This document shows positions 9,243-17,916 of a stretch of 64,000 bases of DNA, piece after piece. Both the position numbers and the translations under genes were made by a program. Location: IMG/VR virus record IMGVR_UViG_3300047444_000617, positions 1 to 64,000 of that record; one strand, 5' to 3'. The DNA comes from a virus. Under the pieces are notes generated by a model. That model did no database searches, was not told the origin of the DNA, and was given only the letters and a program-made list of their open reading frames with translations. Each line of letters begins with the position of its first letter. Within the stretch, counting starts at the first letter, position 1.

Positions 9243-9431
9243 CTACAGGGAACTGCCTGCCTCGGTATTCGAGCCTAGCGGCATTCCGCCTGGGGTTTCC
9301 CATGGCTGCATTCCGGCGAACTGGTCGGCGGAGAGCATTGAGGTGCGCAAGGGTGCGCCGTTGATGGTGAAGGCGTAGCCGCCTGCGTAGGCGTCTCCGG
9401 TGGCGGGGATAGGTTCAGGCGTCTGGGGCAC
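9243..9431 (-). CDS. Hypothetical protein
   Basis: GAGGAGG RBS, overlaps upstream stop. Confidence 0.5.
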   Translation of the reverse strand: MPQTPEPIPATGDAYAGGYAFTINGAPLRTSMLSADQFAGMQPWETPGGMPLGSNTEAGSSL

Positions 9432-9621
9432 GGTTACCTCCTCGGGCGGCGTCGAAGCCGGAGCGCAGGCGGGTGAGCCTGGTCTGGTACGTGCGGAGTT
9501 TGGCCATGTGCTCGCAGGCGGCCTCGACGAGTTGGCCGACTTCGGTGACGCATCGGTCGAGGAGGTCTTCGATGTCAGCGATGTCGTCGTGGTCGCGCGT
9601 CTGGGGAAGCAGCGGCATCAC
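9415..9621 (-). CDS. Hypothetical coiled-coil protein
   Basis: Overlapping start/stop coupling with neighbours. Confidence 0.55.
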   Translation of the reverse strand: MMPLLPQTRDHDDIADIEDLLDRCVTEVGQLVEAACEHMAKLRTYQTRLTRLRSGFDAARGGNRAPDA

Positions 9622-9962
9622 GAACTCCTCCGTCTGCGCGGCCGGGGGGTTCCCTCGCTCTGGAAGAGGTCGAGGACGTCTTCGAGCACCTCGGTGACGG
9701 TGGCCTGGACGGTGATGCTGTCGCGGGTGGCCTGGACGAGGTCGCGGGCGGTGGTGACCATCTGCTCGGCCAGGGGTACGACGCGTTCGGTCAGTGCGCG
9801 CAGGCGTCTGTTTTCGGCTACTTCCCGGCGGTAGGCCTTGCCGGAGACGACGACTTCTGTGACGAAGACGGCGAATATGAATGCAGCAATCGGCCCCAGG
9901 ACGAGTGGACTGTCTACGGACAGGCCGCCCGACCCGGAGGCCGATGCGAGGAAAACAAACAT
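9618..9962 (-). CDS. Membrane protein with coiled-coil tail (holin-like topology)
   Basis: One TM helix PLVLGPIAAFIFAVFVTEVVV then amphipathic helix. Confidence 0.55.
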   Translation of the reverse strand: MFVFLASASGSGGLSVDSPLVLGPIAAFIFAVFVTEVVVSGKAYRREVAENRRLRALTERVVPLAEQMVTTARDLVQATRDSITVQATVTEVLEDVLDLFQSEGTPRPRRRRSS

Positions 9963-10028
9963 CCCGGGTACCGCCCGTCGCTGATTTATGCTTGCGACTT
10001 AATGGTACCCGGGATGCGGTATTCAGTT

Positions 10029-10238
10029 TTAGATATGAAGGCCAGCCTTCTTGAGCTGATTCTTGGTCTTGATCCAGCCGGGCGTTGCCCCGGTCAGACC
10101 GCAGACCGAAGCGACCTTGCCGTCAGGGGTCGTCCACTTGATGTGGTTGCCGCCAGTGATCTCCACCGTCCACTTCTGCTTCCGGGCGGCCTTGGCCACC
10201 TTCTCGATTTCCTTGTCCGCGCCCAGTCTCTGGGACAT
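10029..10238 (-). CDS. HicA-like small basic protein
   Basis: 69 aa, W-x-V-x-x-x-GGNHIKW, ends LKKAGL; own promoter TTGCGA-N18-TATTCT at 10285-10314. Confidence 0.65.
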   Translation of the reverse strand: MSQRLGADKEIEKVAKAARKQKWTVEITGGNHIKWTTPDGKVASVCGLTGATPGWIKTKNQLKKAGLHI

Positions 10239-10439
10239 CGGGTGTCGCCTTCCTGTGGGGTAGGTAGCAACTCGTTGTAGCTACAGAATATGGTGACGAG
10301 CTATCAGTTCGCAAGGGGTTCCGGCGGACCACTTGCTGTGACCCGGGACACCTACCGCCGGTAGCCTCTTGACAGGTTCGACGTTCAACTTCCGCGTAGG
10401 CCCCCTTTCGCCAGGTGGCTGGATTCATACACTGGACCC

Positions 10440-10610
10440 ATGGCTAGACGTACCGAGGGTCGCAGGGCTACCGGGTGTCTCTCCTATGACGACGCCGCGA
10501 AACGCCTGCATGAGCTACGAGACATGTTCCATGACCTCAAGCTCCCGCGTTCTGTCGCGGTAGACAAGTGGGGACAGGGGTACGCCGTGTTCGTTTTCGA
10601 CACCCCCTGA
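10440..10610 (+). CDS. 56-aa leaderless hypothetical protein
   Basis: TACACT 6 nt before ATG; ends at hairpin 10619-10657; not in ORF track. Confidence 0.45.
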   Translation: MARRTEGRRATGCLSYDDAAKRLHELRDMFHDLKLPRSVAVDKWGQGYAVFVFDTP

Positions 10611-10656
10611 GCATACGAATGAGCCCCGGCTACCTGGTGTGGTAGCCGGGGCTCGG

Positions 10657-11790
10657 TCATTTGGGCAGGTGGCGCCTGCGCAGGGGGTCGTGGCGCTGCG
10701 CGCCGACCGGAACGACCTGGGTCGGCGGGTCGACGTTCTCCGGCAGCTCCTCCAGTTTGGTCCAGTAGGGCTCGACCCATTTCGTCGTGGACTGGGTGCG
10801 CTCGTTGGTCTTTCCCGGCCCGAACCACACGGTCTTGAAGTGACCGGCGCGGTGCTGCGGGCCGTACTCGACGCCGGAGGGGATGGAGATCGCCGACCGG
10901 TCGGCGCTGTTCGCCCGGCGTCGCGCTTCGTGTAGCGCCGGGCCTACGTACCAGCCCACCCGCACCCAGAAGGGGTCGCGGTCGCGGGGCTTGCGTCCCT
11001 TGCCGGTCTTCCTGCGGCCGGTGACGTTGACCGGTGGCTCCTGAACGTCGCGGTTGTCGCAGCACAGGTAGGTGATGACGGAGAAGGCTGCCTGCAACAG
11101 CGGGCCGAACGTCTTGATGGCATCGCTGCGGTCCCTGCCGTCCTGCGGGTCTCCGTGCCACGACAGCAGGTGCGTGACGGCCTCCTTGACCGTGAAGGCA
11201 TCCCGGCCAGTCGGCAGGGGGATCAGGTCCCTCTGACCGCCGGGGACCAGCTCGCCGGTCTCCTCGTCCACATGGTCGTAGAAGAACAGCACCCCCAGGC
11301 CTTCGCGCTGCGGGTCGTTGGTGTTGCACAGTGCGCTTCCGACCCAGCCGAAGATGAAGAACCCGCGCACGTAGCTGGTGGGAGTTACTCCGCGCTTCTC
11401 CTTCACTGGCCAGGGGTCGGGGAGTACGACCATGGGGTTGATGTGCGGGAGACGGTCGAAGATGCGGCCGGGCACCTTGTCCATCTTGCTGCGGTAGAGC
11501 GCGGCGGCCAGCTCCTCGTCGAGGTCGTAGGCCACGCGGCCGTTGCGCTTCCACATGTCGCAGACGGCGATCTCGCCCATCAGATCGCCGACCTTGACGC
11601 GCGTCTCCAGGTCGTAACTGACCGCGTCCTCGTAGTCCCAGGTGAAGGAGATCCCCCGGGACAGGCTGTTGAGCTTGCGGGCGATGTTGGGCACGCTCCG
11701 CAGCTCGTTTCCCGCCTCGGTGAGCATGTCCACGTGGCGCGTGGCGAAGCGGTGCGCGCGTACCCCGCTGGTGGTCTTGCGTGATGCCAT
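10657..11790 (-). CDS. AcrVA2/FinQ-like family protein
   Basis: W-x-x-x-G-x-x-x-Y-x-LD...IFDRLP N-terminal pattern and C-terminal PQHRAGHFKTVWFGPG...KWVEPYW; promoter TTGCGT-N17-TAGCCT at 11827-11855. Confidence 0.5.
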   Translation of the reverse strand: MASRKTTSGVRAHRFATRHVDMLTEAGNELRSVPNIARKLNSLSRGISFTWDYEDAVSYDLETRVKVGDLMGEIAVCDMWKRNGRVAYDLDEELAAALYRSKMDKVPGRIFDRLPHINPMVVLPDPWPVKEKRGVTPTSYVRGFFIFGWVGSALCNTNDPQREGLGVLFFYDHVDEETGELVPGGQRDLIPLPTGRDAFTVKEAVTHLLSWHGDPQDGRDRSDAIKTFGPLLQAAFSVITYLCCDNRDVQEPPVNVTGRRKTGKGRKPRDRDPFWVRVGWYVGPALHEARRRANSADRSAISIPSGVEYGPQHRAGHFKTVWFGPGKTNERTQSTTKWVEPYWTKLEELPENVDPPTQVVPVGAQRHDPLRRRHLPK

Positions 11791-12090
11791 CGGTTCCTCC
11801 CGGACGTGCCAGATCCTACAGCCGGGAGGCTACCGCTGTGACTACTCTCACGCAAGTGGTTTTTACGAATAACTTGCTTATGTTTTCGGGAAATAAGGGA
11901 GCCCCGCCCACGCGCCACGGGGAGACGCACAGACGGGGCTCCTAGGAGGGAGTGAACCTCCTCTTCCCCTCAAGCACGTCCCCGGGACTGCGAGAGGGGG
12001 TTGGGCACCCATTCCGACCGCTCGACCTGTCCAGGGTGGGGACGGTCGGAATGGGCATCTATGGAAGTCCTTGCGGACTAGGCTTGGTTC

Positions 12091-12495
12091 ATGGCAGAGG
12101 CTTTCGTTGGGGACGACGTCCATCACCTTGCATGTGGCGTCTGCCCCTCCCGGTCCTATCCAGTTGGTGGATTCGACGTATTTGAACGTCCGTCGAAGGA
12201 CTGTCCGTTCAACCCGACCGACGGCCACCGTTACACCGCCGACGGAACGCCGGTGTGTGTGCACCCGGAGAAGGTCGGACTCCCGGCCAAGCGGTACAAG
12301 AGCGAGGGCGTACCTGTGACGGCCGAGGTGGATCTCCCCACCGAGGAGTCCGACCTCGTTCCCTACCTGCATGACTTGCTGTATGGCGCTGCGCCGGTCC
12401 TGCTCGAAGAGATCATCTCTCGGGCCTCCAGTGAGATCCGGCGAGTGTTCCCGCACCTCGACCCGGCGACGGTCCTGCGCAGCGCCTTCAACTAG
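12091..12495 (+). CDS. Hypothetical Cys/His-containing protein
   Basis: 134-aa ORF convergent with 12499-13080. Confidence 0.55.
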   Translation: MAEAFVGDDVHHLACGVCPSRSYPVGGFDVFERPSKDCPFNPTDGHRYTADGTPVCVHPEKVGLPAKRYKSEGVPVTAEVDLPTEESDLVPYLHDLLYGAAPVLLEEIISRASSEIRRVFPHLDPATVLRSAFN

Positions 12496-12498
12496 CTG

Positions 12499-13080
12499 TT
12501 ACGCGGCGACGGCGAAGTCGATGACGTGGGAGAGCCCCATGTTCAAAAACCCCGCCTGCTCGTACTTCTCCTTCAGGATCGCCAGGCGCCGCTGCGCCTC
12601 CTCGTGCCCGACCCAGTAACGCTCCGGCGGCTCGCCCCAGGCCACGGTATACGCCTGGTGGGTGTAGTCGCCCTGGCGCCAGTCGGTGTGCTCCTGGTCG
12701 GTCTGGTGGATCACGTGGACGCCGACCCGGTCCGTGATCCGGTCCAGGAGCTGCGGCTGCGCGATCATGGCGTGGGTCATCTCGTCCACCGGGATCGCTA
12801 CCGGTACCTCGGACAGCTTCTCGTCGCCGGTCATCTCGTAGACGGCCGCCTTGAGGGCGAGGGCACGCAGGCCCTCCTCCAACAGCGGGGCCTTGTCGGT
12901 GTCCTGGTCGTACCGGCTGATGATCGGCGTGCCCGAGAAGCAGGTCCAGTCGGCGTCGTACCGGAGCGTGGCCACGACGAAGGCGGGGAACTCCTTGTCG
13001 GCCTTGATGGACGCCAGGATCTCCTTGGCCCGGACCGCCACGTCCTCGACGGCGGGCATGGTATTCGTCGAATTGATCAC
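12499..13080 (-). CDS. Conserved actinobacterial hypothetical protein
   Basis: AGGAGAG RBS, strong GC3 bias. Confidence 0.7.
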   Translation of the reverse strand: MINSTNTMPAVEDVAVRAKEILASIKADKEFPAFVVATLRYDADWTCFSGTPIISRYDQDTDKAPLLEEGLRALALKAAVYEMTGDEKLSEVPVAIPVDEMTHAMIAQPQLLDRITDRVGVHVIHQTDQEHTDWRQGDYTHQAYTVAWGEPPERYWVGHEEAQRRLAILKEKYEQAGFLNMGLSHVIDFAVAA

Positions 13081-13163
13081 TGCAGCACTCTCCTAGGTCG
13101 GTTGTGTGCATCTGCTGACCCGCCCGACCGCCGCTGTCCTTCTGGTCACGGCCGGGCGGGTGG

Positions 13164-13469
13164 TCATATGAGGCGGCGGTGCCTGCCACGGGGTCGCTCG
13201 AAGGGGGCAGGAACTTCGTTGAGGTCACCGGAGATCACCGTCTCCAGCACCTGGTCGCCGAGGTCGCGCATGCAGCCCTCGCAGGCGTACATCGGGACGG
13301 AGTGCCCCGCACACGTCGCGGGTCCTATCCAGGTCACTCGGGTCCGCGTCCGGCCGCAGTACAGCCAGCACCTGCCGGTCTCCCAGTGATTCCCGTCGTC
13401 GGTACCGGCGGTCCTGGTGGGCCAGGCGAGCGCGTGCTGGACCATGTCCGGCTCGGCTCCGACTAACAC
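13164..13469 (-). CDS. Cys-rich small protein
   Basis: CWLYC...ACEGC, typical of small genes beside Streptomyces XRE loci. Confidence 0.55.
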   Translation of the reverse strand: MLVGAEPDMVQHALAWPTRTAGTDDGNHWETGRCWLYCGRTRTRVTWIGPATCAGHSVPMYACEGCMRDLGDQVLETVISGDLNEVPAPFERPRGRHRRLI

Positions 13470-13717
13470 GAGCCGGTCCCTGTGGAGCGTTGGTTGGCCA
13501 TGGACACGCGCAACCGCAGTTCTCTGCGGGCGCTGACGGGCTCCACGTTGCCCACGGTTGTGTCCCAGAGCTTTCGGGACGACAAGCCGACCACGTGCAG
13601 TACCTCCCCGTCCACACTCGTCACTTCCGCGAAGGCGGAAGCCACCTTGTCCTCGACGATGTGTCCGATCAGTGCTGCTGCTCCGTCTGCGTACTGGTCC
13701 TCGTCGGTGTTGAGCAT
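13463..13717 (-). CDS. Small hypothetical protein
   Basis: ATG after GAAGGAGG within ORF 13463-14068. Confidence 0.5.
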   Translation of the reverse strand: MLNTDEDQYADGAAALIGHIVEDKVASAFAEVTSVDGEVLHVVGLSSRKLWDTTVGNVEPVSARRELRLRVSMANQRSTGTGSC

Positions 13718-14019
13718 TCCGGAGCCTCCTTCCGGGAGTTCTCCGCGCGAAGTTCGGCCAGTTCGTCGAGGCACGCCGCCAGGTCTATGGCGACGTCCGG
13801 GCGGCAGCGGCCCAACTGGATCAGAGGGTTCTCGATGGCCGCAGACTCTCGGTCGACGGAGGGAAGCACGATCTCGACCCGTGCAAGTGCGTCCTTCAGG
13901 GCCTTGACCGCGACATCCGCGTCGGCAACGGACCACCTGCGGGGATCGGGGGTTGTCCCCGACAACGTTCTCGTACCCACCACGGTTTCTCCTTCGCCCA
14001 GCTCGCGGCCAGATACCAA
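13669..14019 (-). CDS. Small Streptomyces-type hypothetical protein
   Basis: LKDALARVEIVLPS...PLIQLGRCRPDVAIDLA, typical neighbour of XRE-DUF397 loci. Confidence 0.55.
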   Translation of the reverse strand: MVSGRELGEGETVVGTRTLSGTTPDPRRWSVADADVAVKALKDALARVEIVLPSVDRESAAIENPLIQLGRCRPDVAIDLAACLDELAELRAENSRKEAPECSTPTRTSTQTEQQH

Positions 14020-14207
14020 CAGCCGCGCAACGAACAGCGGTTGGAAAGGTGAGTGACAGCGTCACCACTCTCCGCTAGGTAGGATGCCCCCTAACGGCCC
14101 GTCATGCAAGTGCACGCGCTAGGCAAGTGCGCGATCGAGTGAAGGCTGTCCCGGACTATGAGGTGGTGGCAGACTGTGGGGAAGTACCCGCAACCAGGGA
14201 GGTCGCC

Positions 14208-15071
14208 TTGGCGGACAGTCCGACCGTGCTGAAGCGACGGCTCGGCGCCGAGCTGCGCAAGATGCGCCGTGCCCAGAACCTGACCACCGCGCAGGTTTCG
14301 AAGGCGCTGGGCTGGTCCGAGTCCAAGGTCAGCCGCATCGAGACGGGCAAGTCTCCGCTGTCTGACCAGGATGCCAAACTTCTGCTTGCGCAGTACGGGG
14401 TTGAGAAAGCCGAGGAAGTACGGCAGTTCATCTCTCTGGTGCGCAAGAGCCGACAGAACGGTTGGTGGCACTCCTTCGGGGATGCCCTGCCCGAGTGGTT
14501 CAAGCCCTACCTAGGGTTCGAGACGGACGCGGCGTCGATCTGGACGTATCAGAACGAGCTGGTGCCTGGCCTGCTGCAGACCGAGAGGTACGCCCAGGCG
14601 GTTATCCGTTCGACAGAGGTGAGCTTCTCCTCCGAAGAGGTGGAGACTCGCGCAAGTGCACGCGTACAGCGCCAGGACATCCTGACCTCCGACAACGCTC
14701 CCAAACTCTGGGCGGTCCTCAACGAGGCGGTGATCCGTCGGGTTGTTGGCTCACCTGTCATCATGCAGGAGCAGTTGAATGCCCTGGCGGACGTGGCGTA
14801 CTCGCTCCCGAACGTCACGGTCCAGGTGCTGCCATTCGACGCCGGGGCCCATGTCTCGATGGGCTACAGCTTCTCCTACCTGTCCTTCGAGGATGTACCC
14901 GGCTCCATCGTCTACTCGGAAGGGATCACGAGCGGCACGTACTTCGACAAGCCATCCGACCTGAGCCGTCACGAGGATATGTTCCAGCGGCTGGTCGCCG
15001 CGTCCGAGCGGCCCGAGAAGTCCATCACCATGATCAGAAACATCGCAGAGGAATTCAGCCATGCAGGGTAA
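14208..15071 (+). CDS. XRE HTH / DUF5753 regulator (WhiJ/Scr1 family)
   Basis: RRLGAELRKMR...SKVSRIETG; VPGLLQTERYA; TTG start after GGGAGG. Confidence 0.9.
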   Translation: MADSPTVLKRRLGAELRKMRRAQNLTTAQVSKALGWSESKVSRIETGKSPLSDQDAKLLLAQYGVEKAEEVRQFISLVRKSRQNGWWHSFGDALPEWFKPYLGFETDAASIWTYQNELVPGLLQTERYAQAVIRSTEVSFSSEEVETRASARVQRQDILTSDNAPKLWAVLNEAVIRRVVGSPVIMQEQLNALADVAYSLPNVTVQVLPFDAGAHVSMGYSFSYLSFEDVPGSIVYSEGITSGTYFDKPSDLSRHEDMFQRLVAASERPEKSITMIRNIAEEFSHAG

Positions 15072-15261
15072 GCCCGACCTCGTATTCGTCAAGAGCAGCT
15101 TCAGCAACGGAACGGCCGAGTGTGTCGAGGTCGCCAAGAAGGCCGATGGCGGCCGTGTCGTCCGCGACTCCAAGAACCCCAAGGGTGCGACGCTCGACTT
15201 CACGGAGGGCGAGTGGTCCGCGTTCATCAAGGCCGCGCAGGCCGGAGAGTTCGACAACTGA
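15061..15261 (+). CDS. DUF397 protein (BldB/Scr2 family)
   Basis: KSSFS...CVEVA...VRDSKNP...EWSAF. Confidence 0.92.
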   Translation: MQGKPDLVFVKSSFSNGTAECVEVAKKADGGRVVRDSKNPKGATLDFTEGEWSAFIKAAQAGEFDN

Positions 15262-15275
15262 GCTAGCGCATAGAG

Positions 15276-15310
15276 AAGCCCCCGGCCTCGCATTGAGGTC
15301 GGGGGCTTCT
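15276..15310. terminator. Hairpin terminator
   Basis: GAAGCCCCCGGCCTC...GAGGTCGGGGGCTTC. Confidence 0.7.
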
Positions 15311-15485
15311 GCGTGCCTACAGTCGCTCGGCGAAGAAGGCCGCGTACAGGATGTCCCGTACGGCCTCCAGGAACCGCCTCACAGCCGGGCCACCACGGCG
15401 CCGGTCAGGGCTCCGAGGACGAAGGCGGCGACCGCGATGAAGGCGATGGCGGAGGCGATCTGCTTGGCGGCGTCCTCGCGGAATC

Positions 15486-15953
15486 TCATCGCCACGATCC
15501 TGTCATCGCGCCGTGGACGTCGGCCTCCCGGTAGGTGGCGGACTTGAGGATCTTGCCGTCCGCACGCCGGAGCACCTCCCCGTCCGGGCCGATCTTGCTC
15601 ATGTTGGAGCGGTGGACCTCGGCGAAAACCGCCTCCAGGGGGATGTCGAGGAGGTCGGCGGTGCCGTAGATGACGTACAGCAGGTCGGCCAGTTCCTTGG
15701 CCAGCGCCTCCAGGCTGCTCGACTTCCCCCCGTCCAGCGACTCATCGACGATGTTGCCGATGCCGTAGGCGAGGAGTTCGGCGACCACCTCGTTCCACTC
15801 CTCCTGGATCAGGCCCGCGCGCAGGGCGATGAGGGCGTCCCTCTCCTTGCCGGACCGTTCGACGAAGCGCTTCTCTCCCACCGCCCGGTGCCACTCGCGC
15901 AGCGCCTTCATGGGGCGGTGGGGCTGGATATGAAGCAGGGTGCGGATGGTCAC
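15486..15953 (-). CDS. MazG-like nucleotide pyrophosphohydrolase
   Basis: LIQEEWNE...KELADLLYVIYG...EVHRSNMSK...DGKILK. Confidence 0.85.
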   Translation of the reverse strand: MTIRTLLHIQPHRPMKALREWHRAVGEKRFVERSGKERDALIALRAGLIQEEWNEVVAELLAYGIGNIVDESLDGGKSSSLEALAKELADLLYVIYGTADLLDIPLEAVFAEVHRSNMSKIGPDGEVLRRADGKILKSATYREADVHGAMTGSWR

Positions 15954-16648
15954 TTGCTCTCCTGGGGAGTGATGGCGCGGCGGACGTGCTCGGGCAGTTC
16001 GCTGATGACCTGCTCGGCGTGGGCCTTGTAGGGGGCCGAGGTGCTGTCGCTCTGGGTGTATTCCAGGAACCACAGGAAGGGGCGCTTCTTCCACTGCGGA
16101 AGGAACGTTCCCGCCGCCCGAAGTTTCGCGACCGTGTGGCGTAGTCCCTCGCGCGCGTCGTGGTCGCCGACCCACACACGGTTCCCGGCGTCGTAGGACG
16201 GGCCGTGGAAGGACCCGCTGCTTACGATCCGCCAGGTGTCGGTGTCTTGGTGGAACTCGATGTTGTACATGATCTTGCTGTTGTTGACCGAGCGGCCCTG
16301 GTAGGACTCCAGCGTCGCCAGGATCCCGTCGGGGTGCCACAGCAGCAGGTACTGCTCGGTGACCCTCTCACCGTCGCGTGGGCGGGACTGGAAGTGGCGG
16401 CGGTGGACCGCCTGGAAGCCCAGGTCCTCGTAGATCTCCACCGTCTGCTGGAAGCCGACACCGTAGTGGGTGTCTCCGGCCGCCTTCAGGGCGTCCGCCT
16501 TGGCCTTGTTGCCCATGACCGCCAGGGCCAGGCCGAATTCGAGGGTCTCGGGGTCGGTCTTGTAGTCCTTGCCGGTCCGTCGTTCGGCGTCGGCCAGGGC
16601 GTCGTACCCGAGGAGCTGCTCCAGGTCTGTCACTGTCTCTCCGCTCAT
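15950..16648 (-). CDS. Hypothetical protein
   Basis: GC3-biased 232-aa frame. Confidence 0.65.
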   Translation of the reverse strand: MSGETVTDLEQLLGYDALADAERRTGKDYKTDPETLEFGLALAVMGNKAKADALKAAGDTHYGVGFQQTVEIYEDLGFQAVHRRHFQSRPRDGERVTEQYLLLWHPDGILATLESYQGRSVNNSKIMYNIEFHQDTDTWRIVSSGSFHGPSYDAGNRVWVGDHDAREGLRHTVAKLRAAGTFLPQWKKRPFLWFLEYTQSDSTSAPYKAHAEQVISELPEHVRRAITPQESK

Positions 16649-16707
16649 CAGTGGTGTCGGGGGTGGTGCACGGTCCACGGGAGCCGGAGCCCCCGTGGAC
16701 CGATGGT

Positions 16708-17205
16708 TCAGTCGGCGAGGATGTCGCCGAGGTCGCCGGGGTCGACCGCCATGGGCAGGCGGCCGTCGTCGAAGAGGGTGATCCCGGCCAGGGTGTAGGC
16801 GCGGTCGACCAGTTGGGCGCACTGCAGGCGGTCCGCCCGGCTGATTCGCTTGTTGATGGTGGGGAACCACAGGCCGAAGAACCGCAGGCCCAGCGCGGCG
16901 TCGTCGACCCAGTTGTAGGGCACGCCCTTGCCGCCGTTGGCCTGGGTGAAGCCGACCGCTACGTCCCAGATCTTCTCCCGCGTGCTGAGCGGGAGGACGG
17001 TATGAAGGTTGTACTTGGCCTTCGGGTACCGCGAGACATGGCTGAAGCGGGCGCCACCGGGCTGGGCCTCGACGATGATTCCGCGCGGGCCGACGATGAA
17101 GGCGTGGTTGTAGCGGCTGAATGTCAGCAGCCGGATGGCCCAGGGGATGATCCCCTTGGTGGCGGTGACGCCGAAGGAGCCGATGGGAGGGTAGTCAGCA
17201 ACCAT
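16708..17205 (-). CDS. Permuted papain-like (YiiX/NlpC-P60) amidase
   Basis: His (YNHAFI) before Cys (LQCAQLVDRAY), GVPYNW, DPGDL. Confidence 0.75.
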   Translation of the reverse strand: MVADYPPIGSFGVTATKGIIPWAIRLLTFSRYNHAFIVGPRGIIVEAQPGGARFSHVSRYPKAKYNLHTVLPLSTREKIWDVAVGFTQANGGKGVPYNWVDDAALGLRFFGLWFPTINKRISRADRLQCAQLVDRAYTLAGITLFDDGRLPMAVDPGDLGDILAD

Positions 17206-17500
17206 CCTGGCCGTCCTTCTCCTCCGGCTCGACCGGCTCGTCGACCTTGACGGCCGGGCGGGCGCCCATGGCGTCGTACAGGCGGAAGTAGTCGCCGATC
17301 TGGCCGCCGAGGAAGCCGCTGTACCGGTTCTTGCCGTACGGGCGGCTGTTCCAGGTGGCGAACGGGTTGATCGGGCCGTAGGGGTAGCCGTCGTCGTCAC
17401 GCTCGACGACGGTGGTGACCGACTTGTCTGTCTCCTGCCAGTCCCCGTTGCTGTCCTTCTCGCTGTGAACCACGGTGGTGGTGGTCGTCTTACGCGCCAC
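17195..17500 (-). CDS. Hypothetical protein
   Basis: GGAGG RBS, overlapping neighbours. Confidence 0.55.
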   Translation of the reverse strand: MARKTTTTTVVHSEKDSNGDWQETDKSVTTVVERDDDGYPYGPINPFATWNSRPYGKNRYSGFLGGQIGDYFRLYDAMGARPAVKVDEPVEPEEKDGQDGC

Positions 17501-17690
17501 TGTCTTCCTCCAGGTTGTATTTGCCGTAGAAGTCGATGTGCAGGTTGTCGTTGTTCTCCGCGCGGTCGAGCCACCTCTTGGCGAAGACCTCCCGGGAGTA
17601 GAAGAAGGTCTTCGCGGTCCAGGTGCCGTCCTTGTTGATCAGCACCCGGACCTTCCACAGGTGGTTGTCCCTAGCGGTCTTCACCGGCAC
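17490..17690 (-). CDS. Hypothetical protein
   Basis: Packed small ORF. Confidence 0.5.
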   Translation of the reverse strand: MPVKTARDNHLWKVRVLINKDGTWTAKTFFYSREVFAKRWLDRAENNDNLHIDFYGKYNLEEDSGA

Positions 17691-17901
17691 CGCCGGGCTC
17701 GGTATGAAGGCCGCTGGGGACGTACTGCTCGATCTCCATGAACGGTGTGGCCAGAGCGGTGGCGATGCCGCCGTAGATGCTGTCCTCGCCCTCCTCGGTC
17801 AACTGGTCGTGGGTGGCGATGAACAGTGAGGTCAGGTCCCGGACGTTGACGTAGTGCTCTCCGTCGGGGCCTTGGAAGTAGCGCAGCGCTTCGGTGGTCA
17901 T
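17671..17901 (-). CDS. Hypothetical protein
   Basis: AGGAG RBS. Confidence 0.55.
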   Translation of the reverse strand: MTTEALRYFQGPDGEHYVNVRDLTSLFIATHDQLTEEGEDSIYGGIATALATPFMEIEQYVPSGLHTEPGGAGEDR

Positions 17902-17916
17902 GCAGTTCTCCTGGGG

